Below, piece by piece: positions 53,251 to 64,000 of a DNA stretch of 64,000 bases. The stretch lies in contig NC_042999.1 of the NCBI RefSeq assembly GCF_006345805.1, positions 140,802,001 through 140,866,000 of the forward strand, in the 5' to 3' direction. A model generated the notes under the pieces. That model had not been told where the DNA came from and searched no databases. It worked only from the letters and a program-made list of their open reading frames with translations. Source of the DNA: Octopus sinensis (lineage: Eukaryota). The number at the start of each line of letters is the position of its first letter. The first letter of the stretch is position 1. Both the position numbers and the translations under genes were made by a program.

Positions 53251-55869
53251 GATCATGTACTGCACATCATAATCATCGTTTAATGTCTGTCTTCCATGCT
53301 GGCATGTGCTGGACAGTTTGACAGGAGCTGGCTAGGCAGAAGCCTGCACCAGAGAATTTTATTATTGCATCATTACTATTGAGATGTAGCTATGCATTTA
53401 TACATATATGATGATGTGTATGTATGTACATACACACATATAAATATGATATATATATATATATTAGTTTGTTTAGTGTCCATTTTTCCATGCTGGCATG
53501 GGTTTGACAGGGATATGTTTTTTTTAAGTAGGTAAACATATCACTATTTCACTTAGTGAAGCTGAGGGATGTCAATATATGTGTTGCTCTCTATCTCACA
53601 GACATACACACATGCACACGATGGCTCCTCTACAGCTCCAGTATACCAAGTTCATTCACAAGGTGTTGTTCAACTCAGGGCTGTCATACAAGACACTTGA
53701 CTGAGGTAATGTGCAGCGAGATTGAATTCAAAACTATATGATTACAAAGCAAACTTCTTAACCACATAGTAATGCTTCTGTTTACACACACACATGCACA
53801 CCTTAACTTGTTCTTCGCTTTTAGTCTTTGAGTCTCATCCAAGTTTTGCCCTCTCACAATACTATGAATGCACAATGTTTTAGTTGCAATGCAAGCAATT
53901 CTGAATTTAAATGGAAACAAAACTAGTCAGTAGCTCTAACACTTTCTTGAAATTAATCCTCCAGACTTTTCTAAACACTTTATCTTTTGCATAAACTTTT
54001 TTAGATTACCTTGGAAACATCTAGGATTATTTCTATCGAATTTCTTCAGTTTCATCTAATTCTAAATTAAAAACTCTATTTAGCAAGTAACTCATGACAC
54101 ATTTTGAAAACAGCTAAACTCTTAGTAGCTATTTAAAGTAGATTAACAGCTGCTGTTATCCATTTCTCATGTTTGCTCCCAAGAAAACCAAGTTAATGTG
54201 TTTGACATTAGTGAAACAGTCACAAATAACTGTCAAAAGAAGGAGTATTTTAACTTTCTCCAACTGTAATTGTAAAAGAACAAGCAGGATTTATTCTCTT
54301 TGGGTGACTATCTAATGTCAAGCAAGAAAAGAGCCTGATATGAAGAATATCTGAAGAAGCCTGCGAAAAGATGATAATGATAATAAATTATTAAACTCAT
54401 ATAAAACTTTTGAGTTAGAAGGAAGAAAAATGAGTAATCAATAAAGCCAAATCTTTCAAAATGGCTTTAGTGTTGTAATTGTTATGTAAATATATTTATA
54501 TCTAATTGTATTGTGTGTATATATAATAAAATGTAAGCAAATGTTTACTGTTTAATTGTAGGTTACAAAATGTTCTATAATTTTTTTTTTAAATTACAAA
54601 ATATTTTAAAACATTATACAGAAAGCTATAGTTATTCCATTAGAATAATTCATTGAAATTATGCAGATAGTCATGTTATTGATTTTAAAAAAATATGCAT
54701 TAGTGTACATTATCAAGAAGCTTATTGTTTAAGGAAATCTAAATAAAGACAACCATTTCTTTTTTTCGTTTTTTTACCTGTATCTAATATTTATTTATGG
54801 ATAGCTTGTAAAAGAAATGTACATCAAAGGATGTAGTTGCAGTCTAGACTATTCACAGTTCTTCTAATCACTGCTGTCATTGCATGTCCTAGGCCTTACT
54901 AAATGTTACCAGGTTATATCGAAATCGAAAAAATAGAATAAAACAAGACATGAGTATTGATTACATTCAGACCTTTACAGGCACAGACACTGAATGCTTT
55001 CTATTCATAGAAAAAGTTATTTAGTATTCACTAACAGTTCTCTATGACACTGCCATATCATATGTAACTATTGTGAAGCTATTTTTTTCTTTTTCTGTAA
55101 TTTGTATTTTTTTTTATAGTTCTCATTCAACATTGGATTCTGAGGGAAAAGAAATGAAAAAGATGTAAAAGAAATTTTTATTAAGAGTATAAGTAAAAAA
55201 AAAATGTATCTGATAAAATAGGTAAGAAGATAGAAAATAGTAGAATCTTTTTCTTTTTTTTGTATTTTTATAAATTAGCTTTTAAGATTAAAAAAGAATT
55301 AAATTAATTTTCCATAGAGGATTTTTAGCAAAACAGGTTAGATCTGGAATCATGAATACTTCAGTAAATAAATAATGATAACACAAGTATGATTGATTTA
55401 AGTAAAATATATACTTATCTCTTCTCTAGGCTAAAAGCAATTGCATATACTGACATGTGTGCATGTGTGTGTGCATGTATGTATGATACATACAAGCACA
55501 TACCCCCACCCACCCCCACACACACACAGTTATCAATACGCATACACATTTTACTTTGCAGCTATTGAACAATTAGTTACAAGTTTCCAGCAGACTAATC
55601 ACTGGCTCTCAGCATATTTGATGGTCAGAGTGACAAAGGGTTGTCTCATATTTTGGAACCAATAGCACAGAGAGCATCTTTTAAATTTAAGTGTGCTCGT
55701 CTCTTAGTTTCCTTTCTGATGCTTATTGCTTTATAATGTCAAGCGGTAATGTAAACAAATGATTTGAATTTGGTATGATTTCTATATCTTCTATCTCACT
55801 TATTAGTTTTACTTCTCTTTGACAAGGGAATAAAAAAATCTAACCAATATTAGATGCCCTTCTACTGCT

Positions 55870-56050
55870 TCCATCCAGTTTATAAATTTTCATTGTACAC
55901 ATTCCTTTATCCAAATCACAATCAGTCTTTTTTTTCCCTATCTTCTACATTCATTTCCATCACTCCTCTCATCCAGAATCTTTCATTCTTTCTAAGCACA
56001 TGACTTAACCATCTCATCCCATTTCTGGTTCTATTCCCATAATTCCCTGC
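55870..56050 (-). mobile_element. Old RTE-like ORF C-terminal relic
   Basis: Minus strand MRWLSHVLRKNERFWMRGVMEMNVE resembles LRWFGHVxR...M.V.G. Confidence 0.45.
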
Positions 56051-57550
56051 AGTTCACAGTTTGTCATCTTTCCAATGGCAATGTAGGAATTGTGATTGTG
56101 ATTTATGCAGATGGTACAAGAAGAAAAGATATAAGTTTAATCTGTTGGATGTGCAACATTAACTTTCATAAAAAGATGCAAATGACCTGACATCAACAGA
56201 CTCATGCAGGAGAAACAATTCTGCAGGTATGAAGATGTATGCTGAGTGAAAATTGCCATGTGCAATAAAAATGTACCAATAGCAAAAGGGCAACAAAATT
56301 GGCACAGGAAAAATAGAAGTTAGTTTTGATCTCAGGAAGTTCAGTTTTACAGATCAGATGGGACAAGACAAGAGGAGTGGTTATGAGCAATACTTCAAAA
56401 TGGTTACTCCCATACTGACATACAAAAACAGTCATTAAAATGATGATGATGATGATGATAGCTAACAAGTATAAACAAAATGAAATAGCTGCAATAGAGA
56501 ATCAAATATAGGTTCTCTAATGAAATGTGGATTGTGAATCTATTCCATAGAGCTTACCAGTATTACAGAGCCATCACCTGCAGAATGTAAATGTATCTGA
56601 CTATAGATTGTGATAGGTTCTGTTCATAAAATGCTACTGATATGCACAATTTATAGAATTACAAACAAAAAGTAAGTTTTTCAGAAGCAACTGTTACAAA
56701 TCTAAAAACCTTTCACGTTTTATTTTTGTATTAATGTTAAAATTTGTTCAGAACTTGCTTGATTGCTTAAGTGGAAATAAACTTCAACATTTTACACCTA
56801 CTAGATAAACATTTCTCAGAGGAATGCAATACATACAGAATTTGTAGTTATATAACCTACAGAAATTCACTTTTACCAACAATTTTATTAAATGGTCCAA
56901 ATACTTTCCTGTCAATAGGTCTTCCTTTGGACACTGCCCTAACTACATTCAAAGAGATCAATGAATATAAGTATTTTAAATAAACTACAATAGAAATAAT
57001 AGCTGGGATATCATTAATAGTAAAGATGCATTGATTAATGAACCAACAATACTGAATGAAATACATTCAGTCACAAGGAAATATAAAATTTATGGCAAAT
57101 CAGTTCAGATTAGGGTTAAGAAGAAACTGTTGTTCAGGTGAATAATAATTTTAGCAATTTACTAGAATGGTATTACAGCAACTAATTCAAGAATAGTTTA
57201 CAATCTTTCCCACAAGTCACAGAAAGTGATTAATGGTAAGTTTCTCCACATGGAATGTTCAACATGGCATAAGGCCAAGAATCATACTTTGTAAATACCA
57301 TCCCAGATGAGGAAGGGAAGTGAAATCCATGGCAATTCTTTCAGAATGCTTCAACATGAAATTTATATGAAATGGGCATCTTTAAAAAAACTTAGTTTAG
57401 AAAGAGAAAATATTGAAAGTTTATTTGATCTCTTACTTTGTGTCTTTCTCCTTCTGTCTCACTCTCTCTCCACTCTCTTTCTCTGTCAGAGACAAAGTTG
57501 GTATTTATGACTTTGGAAAAGCTATATGCAAAAGGAAGCAGGAACCTAAA

Positions 57551-57755
57551 CAAGATAGCAGTTTGCACACATGCATCATACAATTTACTTTTCACTCTGA
57601 GTAAGAGGCCCTTTGTCACCAGTAGGGGTAGAAGCTTTCTGAACTTTGTCCAGGCTATTCTTATTCTGTTGGTAACACTTTCTGAGCATCCACCCCAACT
57701 ACAGACTTGGTCACCTAGGTAGCAGAAGCTATCAACTACTTCTAGTTTCTCCCCT
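57551..57755 (-). mobile_element. RTE LINE internal fragment
   Basis: GEKLEVVDSFCYLGDQVCSWGGCSESVTNRIRIAWTKFRKLLPLLVTKGLLLRVKSKLYDACVQTAIL; same family as 49840. Confidence 0.9.
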
Positions 57756-57784
57756 TGGCATGTGATGGAATCATGAAAACTAAC

Positions 57785-58240
57785 TGATTTGGAGGACTGT
57801 CATTGATGAACTTCTTGATATGACTGGTGCGTCCTGGAGCTCCTGCCAATGAATTTTAAGCAAAGAATTGTGAATGAGAAGAGTTACAGCAAAATTTGCA
57901 CCTCGATTGCTCATGTAAGATCAAAAGCAGTCATGACTGGATGTGTGTCAAGAACTGGAAGAAGAGTTGGAAGATGATCCAGACCTATTTTTAAAGGTCA
58001 TCACTGGTAACAAAAGCTGGTGCTATGGAATTTGCAGATATGGAAGAGGTGAAAAAAAAATGACAGAGGCATTAAAAGGAATCAGTCCAAGCACTGCTTC
58101 GAATAGTGGAAAATGCGCCTGAATTGATGCATTGCTTCAAATGGAGAATATTTTGCAGGCGATAAAAGTGTAAACATGTAAAACTACATGAATAAAATAA
58201 TATTGCAAAATTCCAGTTTCTTTTGGGTACCCCCTTCTAT
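57785..58240 (+). mobile_element. Internally deleted mariner (DD34D-type) with 3' TIR
   Basis: MRRVTAKFAPRLL...DPDLFLKVITGNKSWCY joined to FADMEEVKKK...CIASNGEYFAGDK; ends aattccagtttcttttgggtaccccct. Confidence 0.85.
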
Positions 58241-58327
58241 ATATATATTGATTCTCAGTCTTATGGTTAAGATCAAGGTCTAATATTTACTCTTAACAGT
58301 TTTATATATATATATATATATATATAT

Positions 58328-59230
58328 ACTTGCTGGTGCACCCGATAATTCCCAGGGATAAAGATGTTCTATTGAAATGCTTTATTACTCTGATATAAGA
58401 AAGCAATTTTGTTACAACTACCATAGAAAGTGTATTTTCCACGAAAAAATACAAAAAAGGAGGAAGGGATTGTTGGAGGTTGGTGAGAGAGGTTTTCAGA
58501 GGTTGGCGAGAAAGATTGTCGGAGGTTGGTGAGAGAGGTTGTTGGAGGTTGGCGAGAGGCAAAGACATTATTCTGCTTAGCAAAGGCATCTGGGAAATGT
58601 ATAACTGCTGTCATTCACAGAAAAACTATTGTTTTACCATGAGAAAAGCACTGTTAAATAGTCAAGTGAAATTTGGCAATTGAGGATCGAATCCACGCTA
58701 AGCCTGCATGAAGCCACTACAAATATGTTGTGGAATAAAAAATGTATCTACTGTCATGGAAAAAGTGTAAATGCAGAATTATCATAGTAATGGGCATTCA
58801 AAAAAGTATGTATGTATAGAAATGTATAATCTTTAATGTTTAAGATTCAAATTAAGGAAGTGCAATAATAATGTTTAGCAGCTCAAAACTGTGAGTAGTG
58901 AAATGCAGAATTAGGTCAGCTGATTGTGAGAATCAAATATTGATCGTTTCGCTAAAATCTGCAGGTGGTATGGGTTATTTCCCTTGGGTTGTTTAAATAA
59001 AATATTAGTAATATGTAGTAGATAGAAGGATCCATTGGAAAGGGCCTATTATCAATTTTTTTCAACAATCTAAGTATGTCACGAGGTTTCCAGACTCACG
59101 TGTCAAATAAAGTATAAAAGTGATATTGTCTGCAAAAATTAGAAATAGGACACAAAAAATCAATATTCAAAGTAATCGAACATAATCAATCAAATTTCCC
59201 TTGAATGTTTAAAAGAAATATCGTACAGGT
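58328..59230 (+). mobile_element. Unclassified non-autonomous element (possibly Helentron-like) with a 23-bp minisatellite
   Basis: Begins after (TA)n with cttgctggtgcacccgataattcccaggg and contains four 23-bp units at 58470-58561. Classification is tentative. Confidence 0.4.
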
Positions 59231-61307
59231 GCCATGGGTTCTAATTAGAAATTATCTGAACATGGAAATAATTGTAGGTTATAAGAAATGAATGTTATTT
59301 GAAACTGGAGTTGTGTTAATAAATTGATGTCTATCTATCAATTTCTCCATTTTCTTTTCTTTTCTTATACATCCATATAAGAAGAAAAGAAAATGGAGGT
59401 TAGGAAGTAAATAAATTGTTTATTATTAACAGCAAATTGGTCATCTTCACTTACAGCCAATTAATACTCAATAAACATTAAATTTACATTTATGGGACAT
59501 GAGCACAATATCATCAGAGGAAAAAAGATGTATATTTGGATTTATATGTGTGCTTATGAATTCATTTTAAAAGTGAGAATTTGGCAGCAAGAGCACTAGA
59601 ATTGAATATTTAAAAAATCCTAGATTGTTGCACCAGAATTCAAGTCACCAAAATATCAATCTAGTTTTTCATTCATTCACTGATACTTAAGTAGTAGGAA
59701 TTATATTTGACAGAGTGTCATATATGCCTACCGTTTAGTAATAGCTAGTGAAAATAGCCTTCAAATTTGTCTCTAGTTACATGTTGATCACTTTTCTAAA
59801 TGTTATGCAAAGTATTAACTTCAAAAAATTCACTGATATATTTTCTCAGGATTTGTAATCACTTGATATTATAAACTATTTGAAATCTTTATCCAAATAG
59901 AAGGGTGAAGAGTTAATTCAAACTATTAAATTGATGCCTTTTAATCTTGCTAACAAGATGAAAACATTAAAAATATTGATAAAAAAAGTAAGAGTTTTTA
60001 TATGTAGAGAGAAAACATGAGTCATTGATATTATTATATGTGTAATAACAAACGCTGAAAATTGTTATGTTTAACATATATAATAATCACAAAATCTTGA
60101 CAAACTGCTGTAAGTTTCAAGGTTAACCAAAGCTTTTGTTGCAGTGTGTCTCCAGCCATGAACGTCTGCTAGTAGAACTTTAATATATTGACTTCAAATT
60201 TATGGCTTAAAGAATATGTGGTCTCCATGGTAGTAGGAAGTTATGAATGAAATTTAACAGGCTACACTGAGAAGGACAAGCAACTAAACAAAATACCAAC
60301 TCTAATTCTATCTTAAATGATTTTCATTACATGCTAGAATATATAAATATACGAAATAAGAAAACTAACAAAGGAGAGATGAACTCCATGACTGGTGGCA
60401 GGTAGCTCATAAGGAGATTCAAAATATCATTTCTAATTCCATCAGGTTTACAAATAAAATTTATAAAGTTTTAAAACTTGGTTAAACATAATTGGAAAAT
60501 AGATAGAATTCAGTTACAAATATAGTTAAATATTACTCAAATAGAACTATCAACGACAGAAATCAATAGAAAAATAAATTCATAGAAATAAAGATGTTTC
60601 AAATGAAATGGAGAAATTGATTCAGGTATTTCCTTCTTTTTTTTTTTCTTTTCAATTTTTCTTTTAAAAATGCAAAAAAAAAAAGCTTTTTTGTTTTTTT
60701 ACTTTATGTTTAGATCATGAAAATCATGGGATATTGAATATTTCAAAAAATTATGAGTATTATGATAATGCAATATAAATGTAAGAGAGTGAAATGAGGA
60801 AAATGTATACATCACCCTTTCTTGCCAGACTCCATCTTGCTGTTTAGTGCACTTTGTAAACTCCAATAATGCAAAGGTGTTTCCAGCAAAAATGAATAGT
60901 GATGGCTTTGACTCCCAACCCAGACAACCAAATCTAACCCTCAAAAAAATCATGCAATATACAGAAAATACTGGGAACAAAAATTAGTATATGATATTCT
61001 AAAATAAGACAGAAAAAAAACTGAAGAAACAATCAACAAAAAATTTTCCCCCTAAAATCAACTTAATCTGTATCATTAAAATTAAGCCATATAATTTAAA
61101 ATAATTAAAATATAAAGAAAAACATGTATAATACTCTCATATTAAAAAAATAAAATATTTAACATGAAAAAATATAAAGTAACATTTAAATTTATCCCAC
61201 ATTTCTATTTATTGGTTAATATTAACCACAAGCTTTTCTAAACAAATTTCCCAATAATACACACACACAAATACACAAACACACACACGTGTTGCTTTCA
61301 ACATTAA

Positions 61308-61317
61308 GAAAGGATAT
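61308..61317 (-). promoter_or_regulatory. U12-type (AT-AC) 5' splice site ATATCCTTTC
   Basis: Minus strand reads GAA TGG AA|ATATCCTTTCTT: a full minor-class donor consensus at the codon position where Cav1 genes are known to carry an AT-AC intron. There is no usable GT donor at this boundary. Confidence 0.92.
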
Positions 61318-61720
61318 TTCCATTCTACAATCCGTATACAGACTTTCCGGAGTGGGTTTTTTAGGGTCAGACAGAACATCGACCGTGCCGGCCGAATGTT
61401 CTGCTGAGCCTGCTTCCGGATGTTGACCCGTTTCCGGGTCATGTTGGTTACCGTGGTGGCAGCCAGCGCTGTAGCCCAGGCAGAACTGAGGGGTTTGGCA
61501 GGATCGGTCCCGGCTTCAGGGCCAGTAGTGGAACTAGTAGCCCCCTGTTCTTGTGATTGAAGTTGACTAAAGTTTTGCAACGACTGTGACAATGACTGTT
61601 CTCCCACTGCCGTCCGATCTTGGCTGAGTATCCCCCGTGGGGGCCTAGAAAGTGTGTTACTGGTAGCAAAACTACTGCTGCTGCTACAGGCTGCTGTATC
61701 CTTCTCATTATGTGCTGCCC
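61318..61720 (-). CDS. Cav1 (CACNA1C/D-like): Internal coding exon of an L-type voltage-gated calcium channel alpha-1 subunit (Cav1), N-terminal cytoplasmic region
   Basis: Minus strand: acceptor tctttttgcttatttttcag|GG, then 133 uninterrupted codons ([20 protein letters not shown]...[58 protein letters not shown]), then AA| (2+399+2=403 bp). The last ~25 residues match the Cav1 signature [26 protein letters not shown] that precedes IS1. Confidence 0.95.
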
Positions 61721-61760
61721 CTGAAAAATAAGCAAAAAGAATATTGAAACAATCAATTTT
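61721..61760 (-). promoter_or_regulatory. Major-class (U2) 3' splice acceptor and polypyrimidine tract of the upstream intron
   Basis: Minus strand ...tgattgtttcaatattctttttgcttatttttcag immediately precedes the open exon frame. Confidence 0.8.
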
Positions 61761-62395
61761 AACAAATAATGTAAAAAGGTAAGTTAAAATTAATTCAATT
61801 CAAAGTGTCTCTAGCATAAGCATTGGTTAAGTGTTCAAACTGCTATATGATAAGTAGGAAACCTTACTGCATATAAATTTGCCAGTGAAGCCAAATGTTC
61901 ACCAGCATTTAAATTTTCTTTTTTTCTTTCTTTTTTGCTTTTTTATTTTGTCTGAAAAGCTAAGTTATATATTTACAGATTCAATTTTGGACCCTGAAAT
62001 GAATATAAAAAATATGACTTTATCTTAGTAGTTATGTATATAAACACAATTTTAAAGAAGTGTACCTTTCTATTGTTCCCCAAGTGAAAAATATAAAACA
62101 ATAGCCTTGGACATGCAGCCAAAGTTGTTTCACAACTGAATGGTTTGGGGTTCAGTCCCACTGTGAAACACCTTGAACAACTGTTTTCTATCATACTCTT
62201 GTGATGCCTTGTGAGTGAATTTGCAAGACAGAAACTGAAAGAAGCTCACTTTATGTGTATGTGTGTGTGTGTGTGTGTATCTGTTTGTTTCTTCTTGTCT
62301 TGATATCATATGATAATCGTAAATAAATATCACCAGCAAATGAACAGCATTTTTTTGTTTTCAATCTTTCATGAGAACATGTCTGACCATGGGGA

Positions 62396-62829
62396 AATAT
62401 ATTGGATCTTTTTGGTTTGAAGGGCAGTTTTTTCTAGCGGTGTCATGTGAAATTGTCACCCATAATTATGACCCTAGTATCAATCTATTGCATTTCAATC
62501 TGTTTTAGAGTTAGGGTTAGGGGTGGGGGGAAGGGTATCTTTTTTTCTTCACAAATGTAAATAAACCCAATCTGTTTCTTAAACAAGGGACATATTCATA
62601 CGGCACAGAATGTTTTTTACCTCAATAGACGTCAGTGATTGGTTGAAATTGCAAAAAATTGAAGAAAAAAAACAACAAATATCTTACAAACCATAGAATT
62701 TTCTCAATAAAGCCAAGAGAAAAAGATGTTTTATAAACACATTCTACCAGTATACGAAGTTTAAAATTTTTTGGTTACCTAGAAATTATGTTAAAAACTG
62801 CCGTTCAAACCGAAAAGATCCAATATATT
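62396..62829. mobile_element. MITE with ~37-bp terminal inverted repeats
   Basis: Left aatatattggatctttttggtttgaagggcagttttt; right aaaaactgccgttcaaaccgaaaagatccaatatatt (2 mismatches). Confidence 0.88.
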
Positions 62830-64000
62830 TGGAGAAAGGTGAGGGTTTGAAACAAGGAGGGCATCCAGCTGCAGAAAATCTGTGTAAACAAATTCCATCT
62901 GACCCATGCAATCATGGAAAAGTAGATGTTAAAGTAATAATGATGAGTTTTAATGTCTAAATTTTTAGTATATTGTTCCTGTTGTAAACAATGCTTTAAA
63001 TTTAGAAGTAAATTGATATTAAAATTCTATACTGCCTGGGATGTCAAAATCAGATTGGTTTCACTCATTGCACAAATTTTGACCTCTGAAATTGTGTTGG
63101 CATGATAGAATCATGAAACCACAGATTGGAGAGTTGTAGATCTTCAAAAAGATTTCCATTTCTATGAAGAACAAATTTTTGGTACTAGATATAATTTTTG
63201 ATACTAAATATAAACTAGATATAATCCACTGATCCATTGCTCCAGGTATACTATGTCTTTATTTAGTGGAGAAATATACTCAATCTAAACCACTGAGTGA
63301 ACCACCACATGATTGCTTGACCCGCTAGAAAAAGCAGTAAATCCTTCCTCAAATCACACCTCACCATTTTAGGAATTAACACATTTTCTTTATATATCAA
63401 AATTTCAACTTTTCCTTGATTTTTGTCATCATAAGAATAATTTAATCAGTGCTACTTTTCCATAATAGTGGGAAAGTGTCAAAATTTTGTAGACATGATC
63501 AAATACAAGAAAATCTTTATCTAATTCTCAAACCTGTAAAAATAATTACATTATTTAGTCTTAAATATTAAGTGTGTTATCACTCTATTTGGTCATTGAG
63601 GGAGGTTTGGTATGTGTCGTAATTCAGCCTTGCAGTGCATATTCTTCTTTAAGTTACTGAAAATTTGCAGACATGAGATATAAACAGCTGCATATCACAG
63701 ACATGAGATATAAACAAACTGAAATGGTTCATCTGGGAATCAAAACTATTTCACAGACTTAGCTTGCCAAGAGATTGCCAGCACTTTACAGCATTTGCAT
63801 ATTATTTACTTCAAGTTAATATTAAGAAGAAAAAAAAAACTTTGCTTGGTAAAAAATGCTTGACAAAAATTGTTTCAATTGATTTACAAACACGGAAAAA
63901 GAATGATACATATAAGCATTTTATATATTTCAGGTTACTTCCACAGCTGTCAATTATCTCATGAACTCAACTGCATCTTAGCAAGTTTTATTCCAAATAT

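Larger units (their letters stand above)
1..61317 (-). other. Cav1 minor-class intron, 3' end outside the window
   Basis: Starts at the ATATCCTT donor. A visual search for a downstream exon beginning (A/G)CCNTTYGA (PFE/PFD) after an AC acceptor found none. Confidence 0.7.

Noticed and set aside
56771-57066. Hydrophobic-looking ORFs considered as possible channel transmembrane exons (also 46118-46333 and 46590-46811)
   Set aside because: No Cav motifs and no convincing splice sites; the composition reflects AT-rich codons.
61209-61317. ORF-track extension [15 protein letters not shown]... after IVEWK, and its GTG start at 61607
   Set aside because: The extension is intron read-through across the ATATCCTT donor into a (TG)n tract. 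The frame is open upstream to the acceptor at 61720, so the GTG is not a real start.
62511-62523. TTAGGG repeats as an interstitial telomere
   Set aside because: Only two units, and they are internal to a MITE.
63668-63716. 19-bp direct repeat cagacatgagatataaaca with period 30
   Set aside because: A simple local slippage duplication with no further structure.

Overview
AT-rich animal genomic DNA. The repeat landscape and the channel sequence suggest a coleoid cephalopod, probably Octopus (inference). The only host coding sequence I can support is one 403-bp minus-strand exon (61318-61720) of an L-type voltage-gated Ca2+ channel alpha-1 subunit gene (Cav1, CACNA1C/D-like). It encodes the cytoplasmic N-terminus with an NSCaTE-like motif, up to the conserved [26 protein letters not shown]. 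The exon ends at ATATCCTTTC, a minor-spliceosome (U12, AT-AC) donor. I could not find the next channel exon (PFE...) by eye, so 1-61317 appears to be a single minor intron of more than 61 kb. That intron is packed with several tRNA-derived SINE families, RTE, CR1 and R4/Dong-type LINE fragments, a Penelope-like relic, mariner relics, MITE and Helentron-like elements, microsatellites and a 449-bp fold-back. Nearly all other ORFs in the track are microsatellite or transposon artefacts. The most interesting signals are the U12 donor and giant minor intron, two stem-loops built into the coding exon around an alternative start Met, the long fold-back, and a LINE/SINE shared 3' tail. All assignments and counts were made by hand, without database searches.
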